Source of the DNA: Enoplolaimus lenunculus
Taxonomy: Eukaryota
Length of the DNA: 64,000 bases
Direction: 5' to 3'
Assembly (NCBI GenBank): GCA_030248215.1
Contig: JASANG010000641.1
Coordinates: 62,001 to 126,000, forward strand
Shown piece after piece: positions 12,501-26,154 of the stretch. Made by a program: the position numbers and the translations under genes. The first letter of the stretch is position 1. Every line of letters begins with the position of its first letter. Under the pieces are notes generated by a model. It saw only the letters and a list, made by a program, of their open reading frames with translations, searched no databases and had not been told where the DNA came from.

Positions 12501-15500
12501 CTGTGGTTATAGATTGCATATTGTGCAAAAACTCGAAGTGTTGACTGACTTCGAATTTAGAGATAATATGTTACTTTGAAGGGCGTAACAGTAGTATTAA
12601 GCGTTTAAGCATATTTTGAAGCTTATGCCTGACAGTGAAAGTATAAGTCTACCACTATGCCTAGTCTTAAGCCTACGCCTAAGTAATAAGATTTGCCTAA
12701 AAAACTTTAGGCTACTCTATTGCAGTACAGCGTAAATACGGTAGCCCCGTGATCGTGCTTTGAATTTCGCCAGATGTTGCATTTTTAACGTTATCCTCTG
12801 CATCCGTATTCTCTATTCTATTTTAGCACCTACTGTATTGACCCGAATGAGAGGGGGACTGATATTTATTTGGCCTCTCCAGAGGGTACCCCCCTTGTTA
12901 TTCGGTTACGGACTGTTGTTTATTTTTAACCCACGCTTCGCCACCCTCCGTTACTGATATATATCCGGTAATGCAATTATCCGTTGAATTAAACGTTTAT
13001 TTCTCTTGTGACAAGGTTATACTTAGGAATGTACTTTCAAAATTTAAGTACGCTTTAAGCTTCGAACTCAAATTATTTGGTCCTGGAGTCATTTATGCGC
13101 AACAATTAGGGTTAATTGACATGAACTCTAATTAGGGTTTAAGGACTCTATCCACTTACGGACTCTTATTAGGGATACGGACTCGTATTGATTCGAACCC
13201 AAAATGGGGACCCCCCTCTTATTACCCCCCTCTTATTCGGGACAATACAGTATTGCAAGTTAGCAGGGTGTAAACGGATATTAAAAATAACGGAAACGGA
13301 TAGCTATCAAAATAACGGAAACGGAAAACAGATATTGAGGTATACATCAATCAAATTTTAAAAGATGTTTTGTTTTTCTGCCAATAACACTGAGGCGTGC
13401 GAATATTCATGGAGCTTTCTAAAATTTAAAAAACGGCGTATGTGCCCAAATTTTTAAGATTTTATATGAATTTTGTATTAAATTTTTGTTTCATTTCAAA
13501 CAATGCTTATAATACTGTTCCGCCCTTGTTCTTTACATTGGTCACAACTGCAAGATAATATATTAAACTGTGCAAAATCTTTAAATGGATTACACAAAAT
13601 GAAAAAAATTGCAATTCATTAATAAATGCGCAAACTGCAGTTAATTGTACATATTTGAAATTTCTCAGTGCAGTTTATGCAGCGTACTGTAGTAACCCGA
13701 ACAAAGGGATCGGTAATAAGAGGGAGGGTCCCCATTTTGAGTCCCAATCAATAGGAGTCCGTATCCTTAATAAGAGACCTAAAGCGGATAGAGTCCCTAA
13801 GCCCGAATTAGGGTCCATAAATGTCAATTATCTCTAATTGTAGTGCACAAATGACTCCAGGACCAAATATAGTTGAGTTGGAAACTTTAAAACGCAACAC
13901 ACAATCGTTTTTTATATTAATTTCAAGGATATTAAAAAGTTGTTAAAGTTAAGTTTGAAGTCAAAAATATTTGACAGCATCAAATGCGAACTGAAATAAT
14001 CCTCTTTATATTTTAACGAAAGTCAAAAGAATCTTTTGGAGTTGTTGTTAATAGAACAAGCGTTATTTTCAGTTCGACTTATCTTTTTTTAAGAAATTAT
14101 TTCTTTTATTTAACGTGTCTTAAAAATCATTTGAGAGGGTACACTTGAATTGTTATAATAAAGTAACAGCCGCGTTTACTAACAACAGTCAAATATATAG
14201 GCGATATTTGGAAATGACGTTTAACTGCGTGTGAGCTTACAGCAGAAAAGTCAAAAAGCTTCAAAAATTTTAGCCCATGACAGAGATTTGCGGGGACGGG
14301 AAAATATTTCAACCTCCGCCCTTTGCGGCGTTGAAAATTATGCGGATGCAATAATCAAATTATACCACCGCATAATCGTACGAGCCAGTCGCTGTCAAGC
14401 CGACTATTATGCTTCAAGCATCTCAAAATTCGAGAATGTGTACTGCATGGAATTTTTTTAACCTTTATATATATTTAAAGCTATTAGCTAATAAGCGGTA
14501 TATATGCTTTACTTAGCTTGAATTTTGGCTTCCAAAATTTTCCACTGAACGAGTTAGGGCTCAGCTAAGCAATGATGCCAATCTGAACAAGACTTTCCTG
14601 TGTGCAGGTGTTGACACGAAAGTTGAGTTTTACCAATGTTAATGATAACATGACGTATGATTGGGTAACATGAATCTAAACTCAATACTTTTACTCTCAA
14701 TTAACCTAAAATTATATATCCTTGTATAAATAGTAACAGTTTTCTAGTGCTCAGCTGAAAGTGTCGCATGATCTAAGAAGTTCTCATTTCATAATGATTG
14801 ATTTATAAGCAGATTACAATTCATCGTTCGGCAACAAATTTCAAGATAGCTCTAACGTAAGCTCAAGCTCTTAATACATGATTGCGTTGACCATTGATTG
14901 TGAACTTTCCGACTCATACACGCCTTCAAGCCTAAGCCGAAGCCTAAGCCTAAGCCTAAGCCTAAGCCTAAGCGATTTGTGCACTACACCGTTAAGCAAC
15001 GGGCGTATTCCTGAGTAAGGTGAAGGATGTGGTGTGTTTTTTGTTATTCCACCCAAATCAGTATTTGTACAAAAATGATCCGATTTTGAAATTTTTTTGC
15101 ATATTTGACTTTCGCTTGACCTCTCTTGATCATTTCATTCCAAAATTTAGTTTTTGAGAAAGTCGATTTTTGAAAATTTCAAGCTCATACACAGCTCAAA
15201 AATTATTTCGTCAAAAAGATAGACAATGTTACATTTTGCGATATCGGACAATTATCTTGTTAATGGGTTATGGCTAAATAAGTGCCATGGATCGCTGTCA
15301 GTAATTTGGGACAGCGCCAAATATTAAACTGTTTGGTCATAACTCATTAGTCAATCGTCTGATTGCGGAAATTTAACTCCATTCGCCGCAATCTTCACAA
15401 GCTGCGTCGAATGATTTATAATTTGTGTAATTTTTTGACGGAAAATTTTTTGGGAGCCCCAAATGTGAAATTGGAATCTTTCATATGTCCTGGTTAATCG

Positions 15501-16304
15501 TATATATATTTTTAAGCTGGAATACGTCCGCATATTTCAGTTATTCTTCGCAGTGTTTCTTTGACTTCTTACTGACTGGTGTAAGTAAACGATGCGAATA
15601 ACACTTTAGTTGCTTAAATTAAGTAAAACAGAGTCAGAGAAGCGAAACTTTTTACCACGTTGACAAATGATATCAAAAATTGTTTTTTGAGGCTTTCAAT
15701 GGCGAAAAAATAAATCTTCCCGTGCGTCTCAGATCCGCTAGTGAATATTTTCCTAAAAGCTTCCTGATTGGTTAGAAAAATGCTAATATTCGAACAATCT
15801 GGTGTTTCCTATGGCTTATATCACGCAATGTACACTTAGGTGATTATTAACGTCCTCAGCTGTTTGTATTTTTTCAAAATATACATACATACATACATAT
15901 ATATATATATTTATTTATATATATAATATATTACAGGTCATTTATTATTACTGAACCTCAAATTGGGGGGTCGGTGGTACTGATGACAAAAAATAGATCA
16001 CAATATGCAGTTGGAACCTTATTTTTTGTATTTACATTGTTTACTTCTGTATGACTTAATAAACCTTTAAGCTATGGCGGCTTTAGGTATTGTTCAATTG
16101 TTTTCTATGAAACCATTTCGCAACATGTGTTATATAATACATCAAGGTCAATGAGACCGGATATCCGCCTAATCCAGTACCCGTTGAACTGAAGGAGCAC
16201 CACGAGTTCTTAATAGGGACACGCAACCAAGATAATAGTACTGCATTTATATGACTGACTACACACAAAAATTGTGTTGAATTTTCAAAATTCGTAGTTG
16301 TTTT

Positions 16305-16505
16305 GGCCCATGTTACTTTTAGGACCGTCCCGGTTTCTGGTGGGTCTGTAAGTAGTAGGCTTACATTCTAGACTACGTTTTTTGCTTAGGCTTAGGCTTT
16401 GGCTTAGGCTTAGGCTTAGGAATACGCTTTTGCACCGCTTAGGCTTAGGTTTAGGGTTAGGAATACGATTAATCTACTGTTACGGCCCAAAAAGTATCAT
16501 TGGCC
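16305..16505 (+). mobile_element. MITE family B (GGCCCATGTTACTTTTAGG TIR, internal TTAGGC array). Other copies: 2640-2910, 5340-5519, 35528-35694(-), a decayed split copy near 63222-63787, fragment near 12565-12690
   Basis: TIRs GGCCCATGTTACTTTT / AAAAGTAACATTGGCC; conserved core GTTTCTGGTGGGTCTATAAAAGAGTA..TTCTAGA followed by (TTAGGC)n and AATCTACTGTTAC. Confidence 0.85.
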
Positions 16506-17901
16506 GTTAAATGAGTGGCTTCCTTTAAACCCTGTTCACAGGTGCACGTTTTTGCTGAAAAAAAACTTGCATTTGCAAGTTGCATGCGCAAATTTGGTCA
16601 CAAAGCAGGTTTAAGTTCTGGTAGTTTTTGACAATGGTTCGATTGATAACTTTATCAAGTGTAATAGAACTTTTCCTATATTTTGGGCTTGTAGCCAGAA
16701 GGTTCCTAGTATTCTTTGTTCCTTTGATAATATATCTCTTGGAAAAGTTTTAGCCCTGCTTGTAAGTAATGTGAAATTCTGCGTATGCCGTTTGTGCGTT
16801 TTTGCCCTCGCAGTATGTTGAGCTGGTAAATTTAAGCATAATCCTAAGCATAATCTGAAGCCATAAAGCCTAAGGCTAAGCGTAATGTTGGGTGAGTAAT
16901 TGTCGAGTCGATGATATTTCGGATTACAATGAGCCAGGTCGCGAGTTGTCGGGCGACGAATTGTCGTGATGCGTGCGCTGATTGAAGCTCTGAAAACTTC
17001 TCGTTCGGTACAAATATGCAGTTAAACATAAAATACTTTGACTCAAATTTAACGGTGAGTCAGTTGTAAAAAATGAGCAATTTAAATCGAAATAGTTGTT
17101 AATTTGTTTCAAAACTGAAATGTAATTTTTCAATGTAAAAATATTTAAAATTTTGAATTTCCTGCTGACAAGAGTATCACTCTGTATGCAGTAGCGTTCG
17201 CAGAAAATTTAGTGGAAACCGAACAATTTTCGGGAGCCTCTACAATTGCAATTCAAGATATTTTACTTTTAAACTGTGTGTATTTGGGGGAGGGGGAAGC
17301 AGCCAAATTTCGGGGTGGAGGTACGCCAACTCAATGCCCCCCGTAGGGACGTTTTGTTAGGCCAATGTAACGAACAGGGGCGGAACAGTATTATAAGCAT
17401 ATCCCTAAGCCTAAAGCCTAAGCCTAAGCGTAAGAATGAGCATATTCCTAAGCCTAAGCCAAAGCAAAAAATTGTCTACTGATTCAGCTTACTCTATTGC
17501 AGTCCCACAGAAAAACGTTCCGCCATTAATCTTTACATGGGCCCTTTGTCAGCATGAATGGCGATTTTTGGAATGGGGTCTCATAAGAACTTTAAAAACC
17601 GTTTCTTGTGTTTCCAACTAAAAAAATTTTCGAAAAACCCCGAATAATAATCAAAAAGAAAACTTTGAACCCTAAAGCCCACTCGACATACGGCTCACGG
17701 TAGTTCATAGCTACCGATATTTACACTTCTACTTTTTGTATTTCACAAAAGGAAGTATTCATAATTTAACAAAAATTAACCATTTCTCGCATGAATATTT
17801 GACTGTTTCATCTGAGATCTAATATTTTATTCGCTGATTTGTTCTCTGACCTAATGCCGTGTATATTTTCACAGTGAAACAATATCCGAAATTGCTGTCC
17901 T

Positions 17902-18216
17902 AATAATCAAATCTGACTGGTCCATAAGTTCAATAACAGTTTAGCTCAGGCTACTCAGGGTACATTGCTATTACATAAAATAGCAGATTGGTCTAGGCAA
18001 ATTAGTCATTGGCATGAATAGCCGATTGGCCTTCGACAAACTGTGTGGCTATTTAATCCGAAAGTCATGTCGAAATAATCAAATCTGACTGGTCCATAAG
18101 TTCAATTGCAGTTTACCTCAGGCCACACTGCTGTTACATAAAATAGCAGATTGGCCTACGCCAATTAGTAATTGGCCTGAATAGCAGATTGGCCTACGAC
18201 AGATATATGGCTATTT
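17902..18216. repeat. Diverged tandem duplication, about 170-bp period, two copies
   Basis: AATAATCAAATCTGACTGGTCCATAAGTTCAAT...ATAGCAGATTGG...GGCTATTTA occurs at 17902-18054 and 18075-18216. Confidence 0.85.
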
Positions 18217-20614
18217 ATTTTATTGATCTATATGCTACTCTATTCAAAAACAAAAATAGCCCAAAATGACGTCAAGATAACCATTTTTTGTACAACTTCT
18301 AACCAATCAAAATATTAGCTTATCTCCTCCCGAGTCGAAAACTTACGCATTTTTCATCAAAGACCCTTCACCGATGTTAACAAGTGTTTGAAACGGTAAC
18401 AGAACACAAATTTTCAAGTGTATACTTATAACGCCGTTGTTATCAATGTGAAACGAATACTCGTTCATTCATAAAAATTTTTCATTTTCTAAAATTTAAT
18501 ACATTCAAATTTCACATATCAATTTATCCTTGATGTACGGTTTTTAACTACTGCGGTGTATACAAAGTACTCCGAGACGTTTCCGCTGTATAAAGCGTAT
18601 GTTATTATTCATCAGGGTCGGAGCAGCCCCCCCTTATATATCCCAGAATTTGGGAGCCCACCCATAGATGAAGTCCCACCCTAACAAGATGTTAAACAAA
18701 AAATTTGAAGCATAATTTGATCATCGCAAGGGGCTCTTACCCTGGAATTTTGAGGTAGTGCCCACCCTAGCGTGCTCAGGCACTGTTATTGGTTATAAAA
18801 TTGACAATATCCTGTATGTTTAAGTTTTGAACTAATTTCGTAAATTCTCAGCGAATATACCTTTACGCCCGAAGGACACATATGAATTAGATTTATGGTT
18901 TTAGAGTTAAGATTTAGTGTTCTTTTCTGTACAATATAGTTTTCTCTGTTGTGTAGGGACGTGATGAGCTGATTGGCTCATGTACTTAAATACCTGGGTG
19001 CGCGGCGGGCCAAACATGGTAGGTGCAACACGCTTTCAGAGCGATAAGTAGACATCTCGAATTTGAAAACAATCTTTACAGGTATTTGCGACTTTTCAGC
19101 GAATATACAATATTGTGTTTCCAACTAAATGCGACATATCATTGCTAACTAGCGTTTCTGAAATAAACTCTTAATTGTATTCAGTGTTCGAGACTAAATT
19201 AGGTTAAATCTCGTATATTAATAATATGGCCTAGGCTATAAGAGCCGGCCTATTGGAGAACAGGGATACCGGTAGACTTAGATACCGGGAAGCTTAGGCT
19301 TATATTCAGGATTAGCGTTAGAATTTACGCTTAGTGGGTAGGTCCTTGTACTTACCATCACTGTAAATTCCAGTGAGTTGATTAATCAACTCAGAGAGAT
19401 GATTGGTTATTTTTGGACATTTCTGAGTTAATAGCAATAAATATTAACTCACTCTGAGCTTATTTAATTCCGGCTGAGTTGATTAATTGCCTCACAATGA
19501 GTCTATCCAATTCAAAATTCTGAAAGACCTAATTCGGAGCTCAGGTTTCAGAGTGGATTCAACTCATTCTGAGTTAAAATCAACTCACTGGATTTTACAT
19601 CAGTTTGTAAAGAAGGGTCTTACAATTTTTTTCTAAAATTTTTTCCGCTTTTGTCTCGTACGCAAAATTTTATCGCAGTCAAAATGTGGGGCACAACCCA
19701 GCTAATAATTCGATCTATCTCCCATCGGTTGAATAAAAAAGCTAACTCGGGTTCAAAAATTTAAATAGGTATCGATTTGGGGGAAATTTAAACTTTGAAT
19801 ATTCCTGTATCTCTGTTTAAATACTAAATATATCATTAATATAATACTGATTTCGCTATTTTCTCATGATGATGATAATAATTTATTTGTCGCAAAATTA
19901 ATCTTGCATATCACCGCCACTGCAATTCACACGCGTTTCATTTCTATTATAATTTACCACGAACGCTTAAATTTTCGAACTGAATTTGAAACGGAAGAAT
20001 TAAATTTATGAGCATTGACATGAGCTTAATTGTTTGAAACTTTGTGCCATATAAGATTTTCTGGCTGGGTTCACGAGACATGACTTACGTTCAGAATTAT
20101 TGCTTGATGTGTGAGACATGCTTGTCCGTTATGTGCACATGCAATATACCGTATTGCGCTGTATGTATGCTTTTCCAGCTGCTTAATAAACGGGTCTGAA
20201 GTTCCGCTTCCTGCCAAGACTAACACTTGAATCGATGTTTTTACTACGGTTTTGTAGCTTTGACTGAAGGGAACGGGTTCACTGTTGATTATTGCTTGGT
20301 GAAATACACAATGGTGGTTAAAACCGGAATTTACTAACCACAATCTGGTCATTGTATGGGCTACGCAAAACAGCAATTGACCTTTGGGGCGTTTCAGTTG
20401 CTACCTGGGTCAAATAGCTAATTGCGCGATAACATACGTACATTGAAGCCTTTACAAAGCTGCTTTTTACTGAACGTAGCTATGTATTTCTTGGATTCAA
20501 AAATTATGCTATCATATTCACAGAAAGCTAGGACAACCCAAATTTTTCCTGGATCCGGTGAATTCAGACGGGGGGCTCGGAATACAGTGAAACAAACCTT
20601 GCGTCCGAGGCACC

Positions 20615-20859
20615 ACACACAAAAAAGTATTTCTGAATTTATTCAGAAAAGTGTTTTCTGTGGCAAATCTGAAAAGTTTTGCTGATATTTAAGACAATTT
20701 TTCTAAAAAAACAGGAAAACGTTTATTTTCAGACTATTTCAGAACATTTTTTGAAAATATTTCTGTTATAACAGAAAAACTTTTCAAGTGCGCCTTGCTA
20801 AGCATATTTCTTAAATGTAAGAAATGTTTTCTTAAATATCAGAAATATTATTTTGAGTG
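20615..20859 (+). mobile_element. AT-rich MITE of about 245 bp; second copy inverted at about 59468-59713
   Basis: Ends CACACAAAAAAGTATTTCTGA / TCAGAAATATTATTTTGAGTG. The 59.5-kb copy is co-linear in reverse orientation. Confidence 0.8.
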
Positions 20860-22304
20860 CAGTTGCTGCTCTTACAAAAGTAAAATTTCGTCGAATCCAA
20901 AGTCTTAAGGTCCGTAACCGCCACTCCGGTACAAAATTAATATATCAGTGAATGTTTGAGTTTGCGTTTGTTAATTAAGGCATAAAGTATATTGCAATAT
21001 CAATTGCGCATTGCGTTCAAACATCTGCCAATCGCATTGTTATTGCATTCGAAACATTTTAACTTAACGAGACCAGTCAGCAAACATCTTTCAATCGCAC
21101 AATAAATTTGATTTTAATAAGAAAACGGTGGGAAATTTATGAAATTTTGAAACTTGACTTCGTTTCGTTCACGTGAAATGATTATCATTGACTGCTGGTG
21201 GTAGTGTAATTAATTTTAAATCACCTGTCGATTTAAGGTTCAACCTTTGTTATTACTTGTAATTTCAATGTTGGTCGCAAGCGGAAGGATTTGCGTAGTA
21301 GTTTTTAAATTTATGTTCGCTGAACCTGAATGAAACGTTTAGCCGAAACCAGTGGCTGGTCAAAATTGAAGCGATATCCGATTAAACTTAGGTTTATTGT
21401 TAGTTCTTATAGTTCTTAAATCGGTGATATCGGATACGTAGATGGCTGACATCCTTCTAGCGGAGTTAGACCATATTAGAAAAGACATGTGGTTGAAAAA
21501 TAAGCTTACAACCAAGCGAAAGTTTCAATGGTGGCCAAAATTTCTCTATGGAAGTTCAGGTCCCGAGCAACCCATCTGACTATAGACCGTGTATTCACCA
21601 ATTGTTTTCAAGTTTTCATTTTTCAAAATTCGCAAGTTTTTAAACGCATTTTTCATTGAAATAAAAGTTATATTTTTTTGTGAAATGTTTTTTAATTGAA
21701 ATGAGATTTTTTTCACTGTTTGATGGACACGCAACGAGACGCTCAAAGTTCAATTTGTGCCTTAGGGAATTCAGATATTTTTGCGGTTACTATTTTTGAA
21801 TATTGTGTTTATAATTTAATTGAAATACCGACAACAATGACGCTCTCAGATGTCAGCAGTTCAGTTGAATCGAAGTTTTGACTTGTTAATTACGGAGTGG
21901 ACAGAGGACATAGTTGGATTAAAATAGACGCCAGTGAGTGAGGGCGTTACCTTTGGGTCCACGCTAGCAAAGGTCGTGTGGCAAGTGTTACAAAAGAGAA
22001 TTTTTAATGGAAAGAGATACAGGGTACCATGCTTTTAGCAACCGTTTTTGTGGTCCCGTGGGTAAAAATCGGCCTTTTTGCCCGTAGGAGGATATATTCA
22101 TGAACGACAATGGAAAAATTTTCGCTGATTTCCTAAGTGGGGTGTTGCCATATTTATACACCTGGATTTGAAGGATTAGGATAGAAGTAGTTTTTTGGAA
22201 TCATTAGATTTTTAATAAACACACTGTATACTCGTAGCGCGGATTGAAGTTTTTTAGACGGCCATACCTATTAGATATTTAGGTTACACAGGTTGTAATG
22301 CACC

Positions 22305-22469
22305 TTTCACAATATAACGCGCACACCAAGTAAATTCTGACGGGATAGTGTGATGGACACTGAAGCCAAAAAAGCTTCAGTAGCCAGGATACTGAAGCCA
22401 AAAAATCTTCCGTGCCCATCACACTACCCCCCTCAAAACTTTCTTGATGTACGCATGATATTGTGGAAA
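22305..22469. repeat. Imperfect 165-bp palindrome with two internal hairpins
   Basis: Inverted arms of about 55 bp enclose ACTGAAGC-CAAAAAA-GCTTCAGT and ACTGAAGC-CAAAAAA-TCTTCCGT. Confidence 0.8.
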
Positions 22470-22925
22470 TTGCTTAACTAAACTTACCCTAAACTTACGT
22501 TGTTGACCGAAGCAAATTTTTTCAGTCACAAAGCATCATGAGCATTTTCCATCTGTCCAAAATTTGATTTATTATCCACCCCTCATTTTTAGAATTTCAA
22601 CTGAACTTACCTATAGTTTTGTAAACTTTAGTTTGACAGTAATTTTCGGCCAATTTTTCGTAATAATGATACTTTCCGTCTCATGATAATTTAGATACAA
22701 CGAATTTAGTTTGAATTTTAATCTGTATTTGTACGAATTTTCTGATTGCGGAAGCTTGCGATATGTTTAGCATCATCGAACGAGAAGTCAAATGCCATTA
22801 CAGTGGCACAAAGGTAAAACTTGGTAAGGTAGGCACCTTACCATTTTTGAAAAAATTTCTCATGGAGGCTTTTATCGTCCTGTTGATTCCCCCTGTATGT
22901 TTATAATTTGTTTATGGACAAGGTA

Positions 22926-23373
22926 CTGCAGTGACCCGAATAAGAGGGGGATAATATTAGAGGGGGATCCCCATTTGGAGTGCCAATCAATACGAGTCTA
23001 TCACTAATAAAAGTCCGTAAGCGGAATAGAGTTCCTAAACCCTAGTTAGAGTTTATAAATGTCAATTTTCTCTAATTGGAACGCTTGAATGACTCCAGGC
23101 CCAAATAAAGTTGAATTCAAAACTTTAAAACATACTTAAGTTTTGAAAGTACATTTCTAAGCATAACCTTGCATTATCGTATCAAGCTTTTGATACAAGG
23201 CAAATAAACGTGTAATTCAACGGATAGTTGCAACACCGGATACATATCAGTTACGAAGGGCGGCGAAGGGTGTGTTAGAAATATATAACAGTCCGTAACC
23301 GAATATCAATGGGCGGTACCCTCTGAAGAGGCCAAATAAATATCAGTCCCCCGCCTTATTCGGGTTACTACAG
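22926..23373 (+). mobile_element. MITE family C (about 420-450 bp). Other copies: 12833-13250(-), 63315-63750, partial 13688-13890; related sequence near 11658-12010 and 31700-31986
   Basis: TIRs CTG(T/C)AGTGACCCGAATAAG / CTTATTCGGGTTACTACAG. The 12833 copy is flanked by TA on both sides (Tc1/mariner-type target site). Internal sequence is co-linear between copies. Confidence 0.85.
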
Positions 23374-25188
23374 CAAGCGTAAATCAAAAATTTTACATTT
23401 AACTCAATCGAAATAATCCTTTTCCGGTGGCTGTTAAATTTTAGTAAGTTTGCGAATTTTGCCTCTAAATTGGCTGCAATCTAAACTTTTGTTACATTAA
23501 TAGGACAGCGAGCAACTTCGCGAGTTTTATTGGAAGATTTCACTACAAAATGCGTCCTTGCATCTGCACATACTGAAACATAAATTTCCATTGGCAATTT
23601 TAGATTCGGTAATAAACCCGATATTCTCGGCGAGCCCGTAATCCGTACGTCGTGGGTTCGAGTCCTACTGTAACTGCGCAAAATTTTTTGTGAGCATGTA
23701 AAGATCAGGGGCGAAGAGTTTTTCTGTGTGACTAGAATAGACTAAGCCTAGGATTTAGACTAATTTTTTACTAGTGTAAGTGAAATAATAGACAACGCAT
23801 TGTTTACAAGTTATTATACTACGCGTACAGCCCGTTCAAAATATCCACGAGAGCGCCCCGTCGAGCTCGAGAGTCAAGTTCCTATACCTGAATGATGATG
23901 GTAAACCCCTTTCACACCAGTCTCTGGGGTTCGAATCGTAGCTTGAAACTTGGTAAAACAAATGAAACGAAAAAAATTCATGTGAGAAACGGTTAATTGT
24001 TTCTTGTACTTGAGTACCGTTTTACCCTTTGTATCATTTGTCTTCAGGTAAAACTCGACAGTTCCATAGTACATATGTCAAAAAATTGTTGGTGTTTTTA
24101 TAATTTACCAATTATATTATAATGGCTATACGTTCGTATAATCTGCTCTCTACCAACTTTATATTCCATTTCCTTTTTCTGTAGCTATGTCATTTCAAAA
24201 TTATCACTAAAAGCCTTTTTCGTCTATTATTGTAGAACTCAAGCAGTAGTCAAAGAGAGGGAGGGACACAAAGACACTATACCGTTTGTTTCCGGTTGGT
24301 TGGCACCGGAAAAAAATTTCAGCCATATCAATCTAGAAACAATGGTGAGTGAAGTGTTGTTGAATTTGGACGAATCAAAAGTGTTCTTATAGGCCGAATA
24401 GTTCTGTTATACTAGAAGAGAAAGGGGCGGTCTCAACTGGTTTAAGCGTGGGAATTGAAGTTATAACCTTGGCTCAGGGCCAGTATTAGCCAGTGCACTA
24501 TGCAAACCGATAATTTTAGGGGCTCATAGATGAGATATAAAAGTTTAGACAAGTTCGAATCAAAAATTTTCAGCAAAACTACGAAGGTTACGCATGGAAT
24601 TTACAGAAATTGTTGTTTGTCAAAAACCGAAAAACTGAAATAATACGCCAGTACCACACGATCAGAGATCAATTTTTGGGTCTTTGTAACACTAAGGGAT
24701 TGAAAGGTTTTTAATAGGGTTTTCGCCAACTTACCCATGATGCATCCAACTGCGACGGATCCCAAAACTTAATAACTTTACTTCGCGGTTTAATATATCT
24801 CACTGTTTTCTGTGAAATCCTCAAAAATAATTAACTGTGACTGTTCCAAAATAGCCCTTAGTTACGTAAAAACAACCAAAATTCTACGCTGTGTCCCAAT
24901 AGATACTAAGTCGTAAATGTTTATAAATATATAGCTCTTGAATCGGTTTATTCGTGAATTAATGATTCTGGCAGCTGGTTTTAGATTTTAGGCTAGCAAA
25001 CTAGATTCTATTATCTTGATTCCGAGCGGTTACAGGGACGCTAAAACATAACGCCCGCCCATAACGCATGACATATTTTAACGTTAAGCTTATCTTAAGC
25101 TATGATAAAAATTGTTAAGTAGTGGATTGGATTTAGATTAGGAATCAGTTCCATGAATAATTAGTTTTTAAATGTCGTTTAAAGTGTC

Positions 25189-25396
25189 GGCCTATGTAAA
25201 GATCAGGGGCGGAACGTTTTTCTGTGGGACTAGAATAGAATAAGCTTAAGTTTTAGACTATTTTGTTTGCTTGGCTTAGGCTTTAGGTTTACGCTTAGGC
25301 TTAGGAATATGCTCGTTCTTACGCTAAGGCATAGGCTTAGACTTAGGCTTAGGAATGTGCTTATAATGCTGTTCCGCCCCTCTTCTTACATTGGCC
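25189..25396 (+). mobile_element. MITE family A (about 190-210 bp, GGCC-terminal TIRs, internal TTAGGC array). Other copies: 2283-2469, 10341-10479, 11114-11308, 17360-17543(-), 23696-23770, 35139-35313, 57629-57827(-), fragment near 13500-13543
   Basis: Imperfect TIRs GGCCCATGTAAAGATCAGGGGCGGAAC / GTTCCGCCCC..TACATTGGCC and a shared internal sequence with degenerate (TTAGGC)n. The GGCC termini suggest PIF/Harbinger (inference). Confidence 0.85.
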
Positions 25397-26154
25397 AAAG
25401 TTTCTATGCGAAATAATTTTAAAAAAATTTCAATTCCACCTCGAGTGGCTGTACACGGCATGCGGGTACAGAGGTATAAGACGCGTCAGATGACATTCCT
25501 AGAAGAATAAGGGGGTATAGGTAAAGTGTTTTCTGCTGGTTTTGTTTTATTTCATCTTTTCTGAAAGTATTAAATTAATGCGAGGCTACATAAACACAGC
25601 CGGTTCGTCTCTGGTATTTACAATTTAGATTCGCTGTGGCGATAGCGACCGCAGATGATATTTCCTCAGAAATTATCCCTAGCGGGCAATAGTTTTTGCA
25701 GATCTTTGTCGAATGTTTATTCAAAAAGGCAATATTGGCTTTTTTTAACCATCAAGAGTGGAACCAGGAACTGAGGGGGTCAAACAGTTGCTTTTTGTGA
25801 CATTTGGCCAACAAACTTTAAGATGTTTTTCCGTTCGTAGCACAAGTATTCCACTTTGAAACGTTTACTGAACGTAGCAGTGCGTTTCAAAATTGGTGAC
25901 TTCGGCTTTGTTTTACCATATTGATTTGATATATTTTATTGTATTTTTTAGTAAATACTTCAGCTTAAAGTTTTAAACAAATTATCAAACGAATTTATCA
26001 ATAAAGTTTAAGTTTTGTAATTTTGTCGCCAATTTGAATTGCAATTTCATTTTAATTATGCATCGTCACTGTGCGTCCTGTTTACGAGTTGTTTACATCA
26101 CTGCAATCCACTTGGCAACCTAAACATCCTACAAGACTTTGTCCAAAAGACGCA

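Noticed and set aside
14930..14972. True telomere or telomere-addition site
   Set aside because: The array is short, degenerate and interstitial with ordinary sequence on both sides; most such arrays here sit inside MITEs.
23630..23672. tRNA gene (GGTTCGAGTCC B-box); a similar motif occurs near 42640-42662
   Set aside because: Only a T-arm-like half is present, with no acceptor stem or D-arm; at most a degenerate tRNA or SINE remnant.
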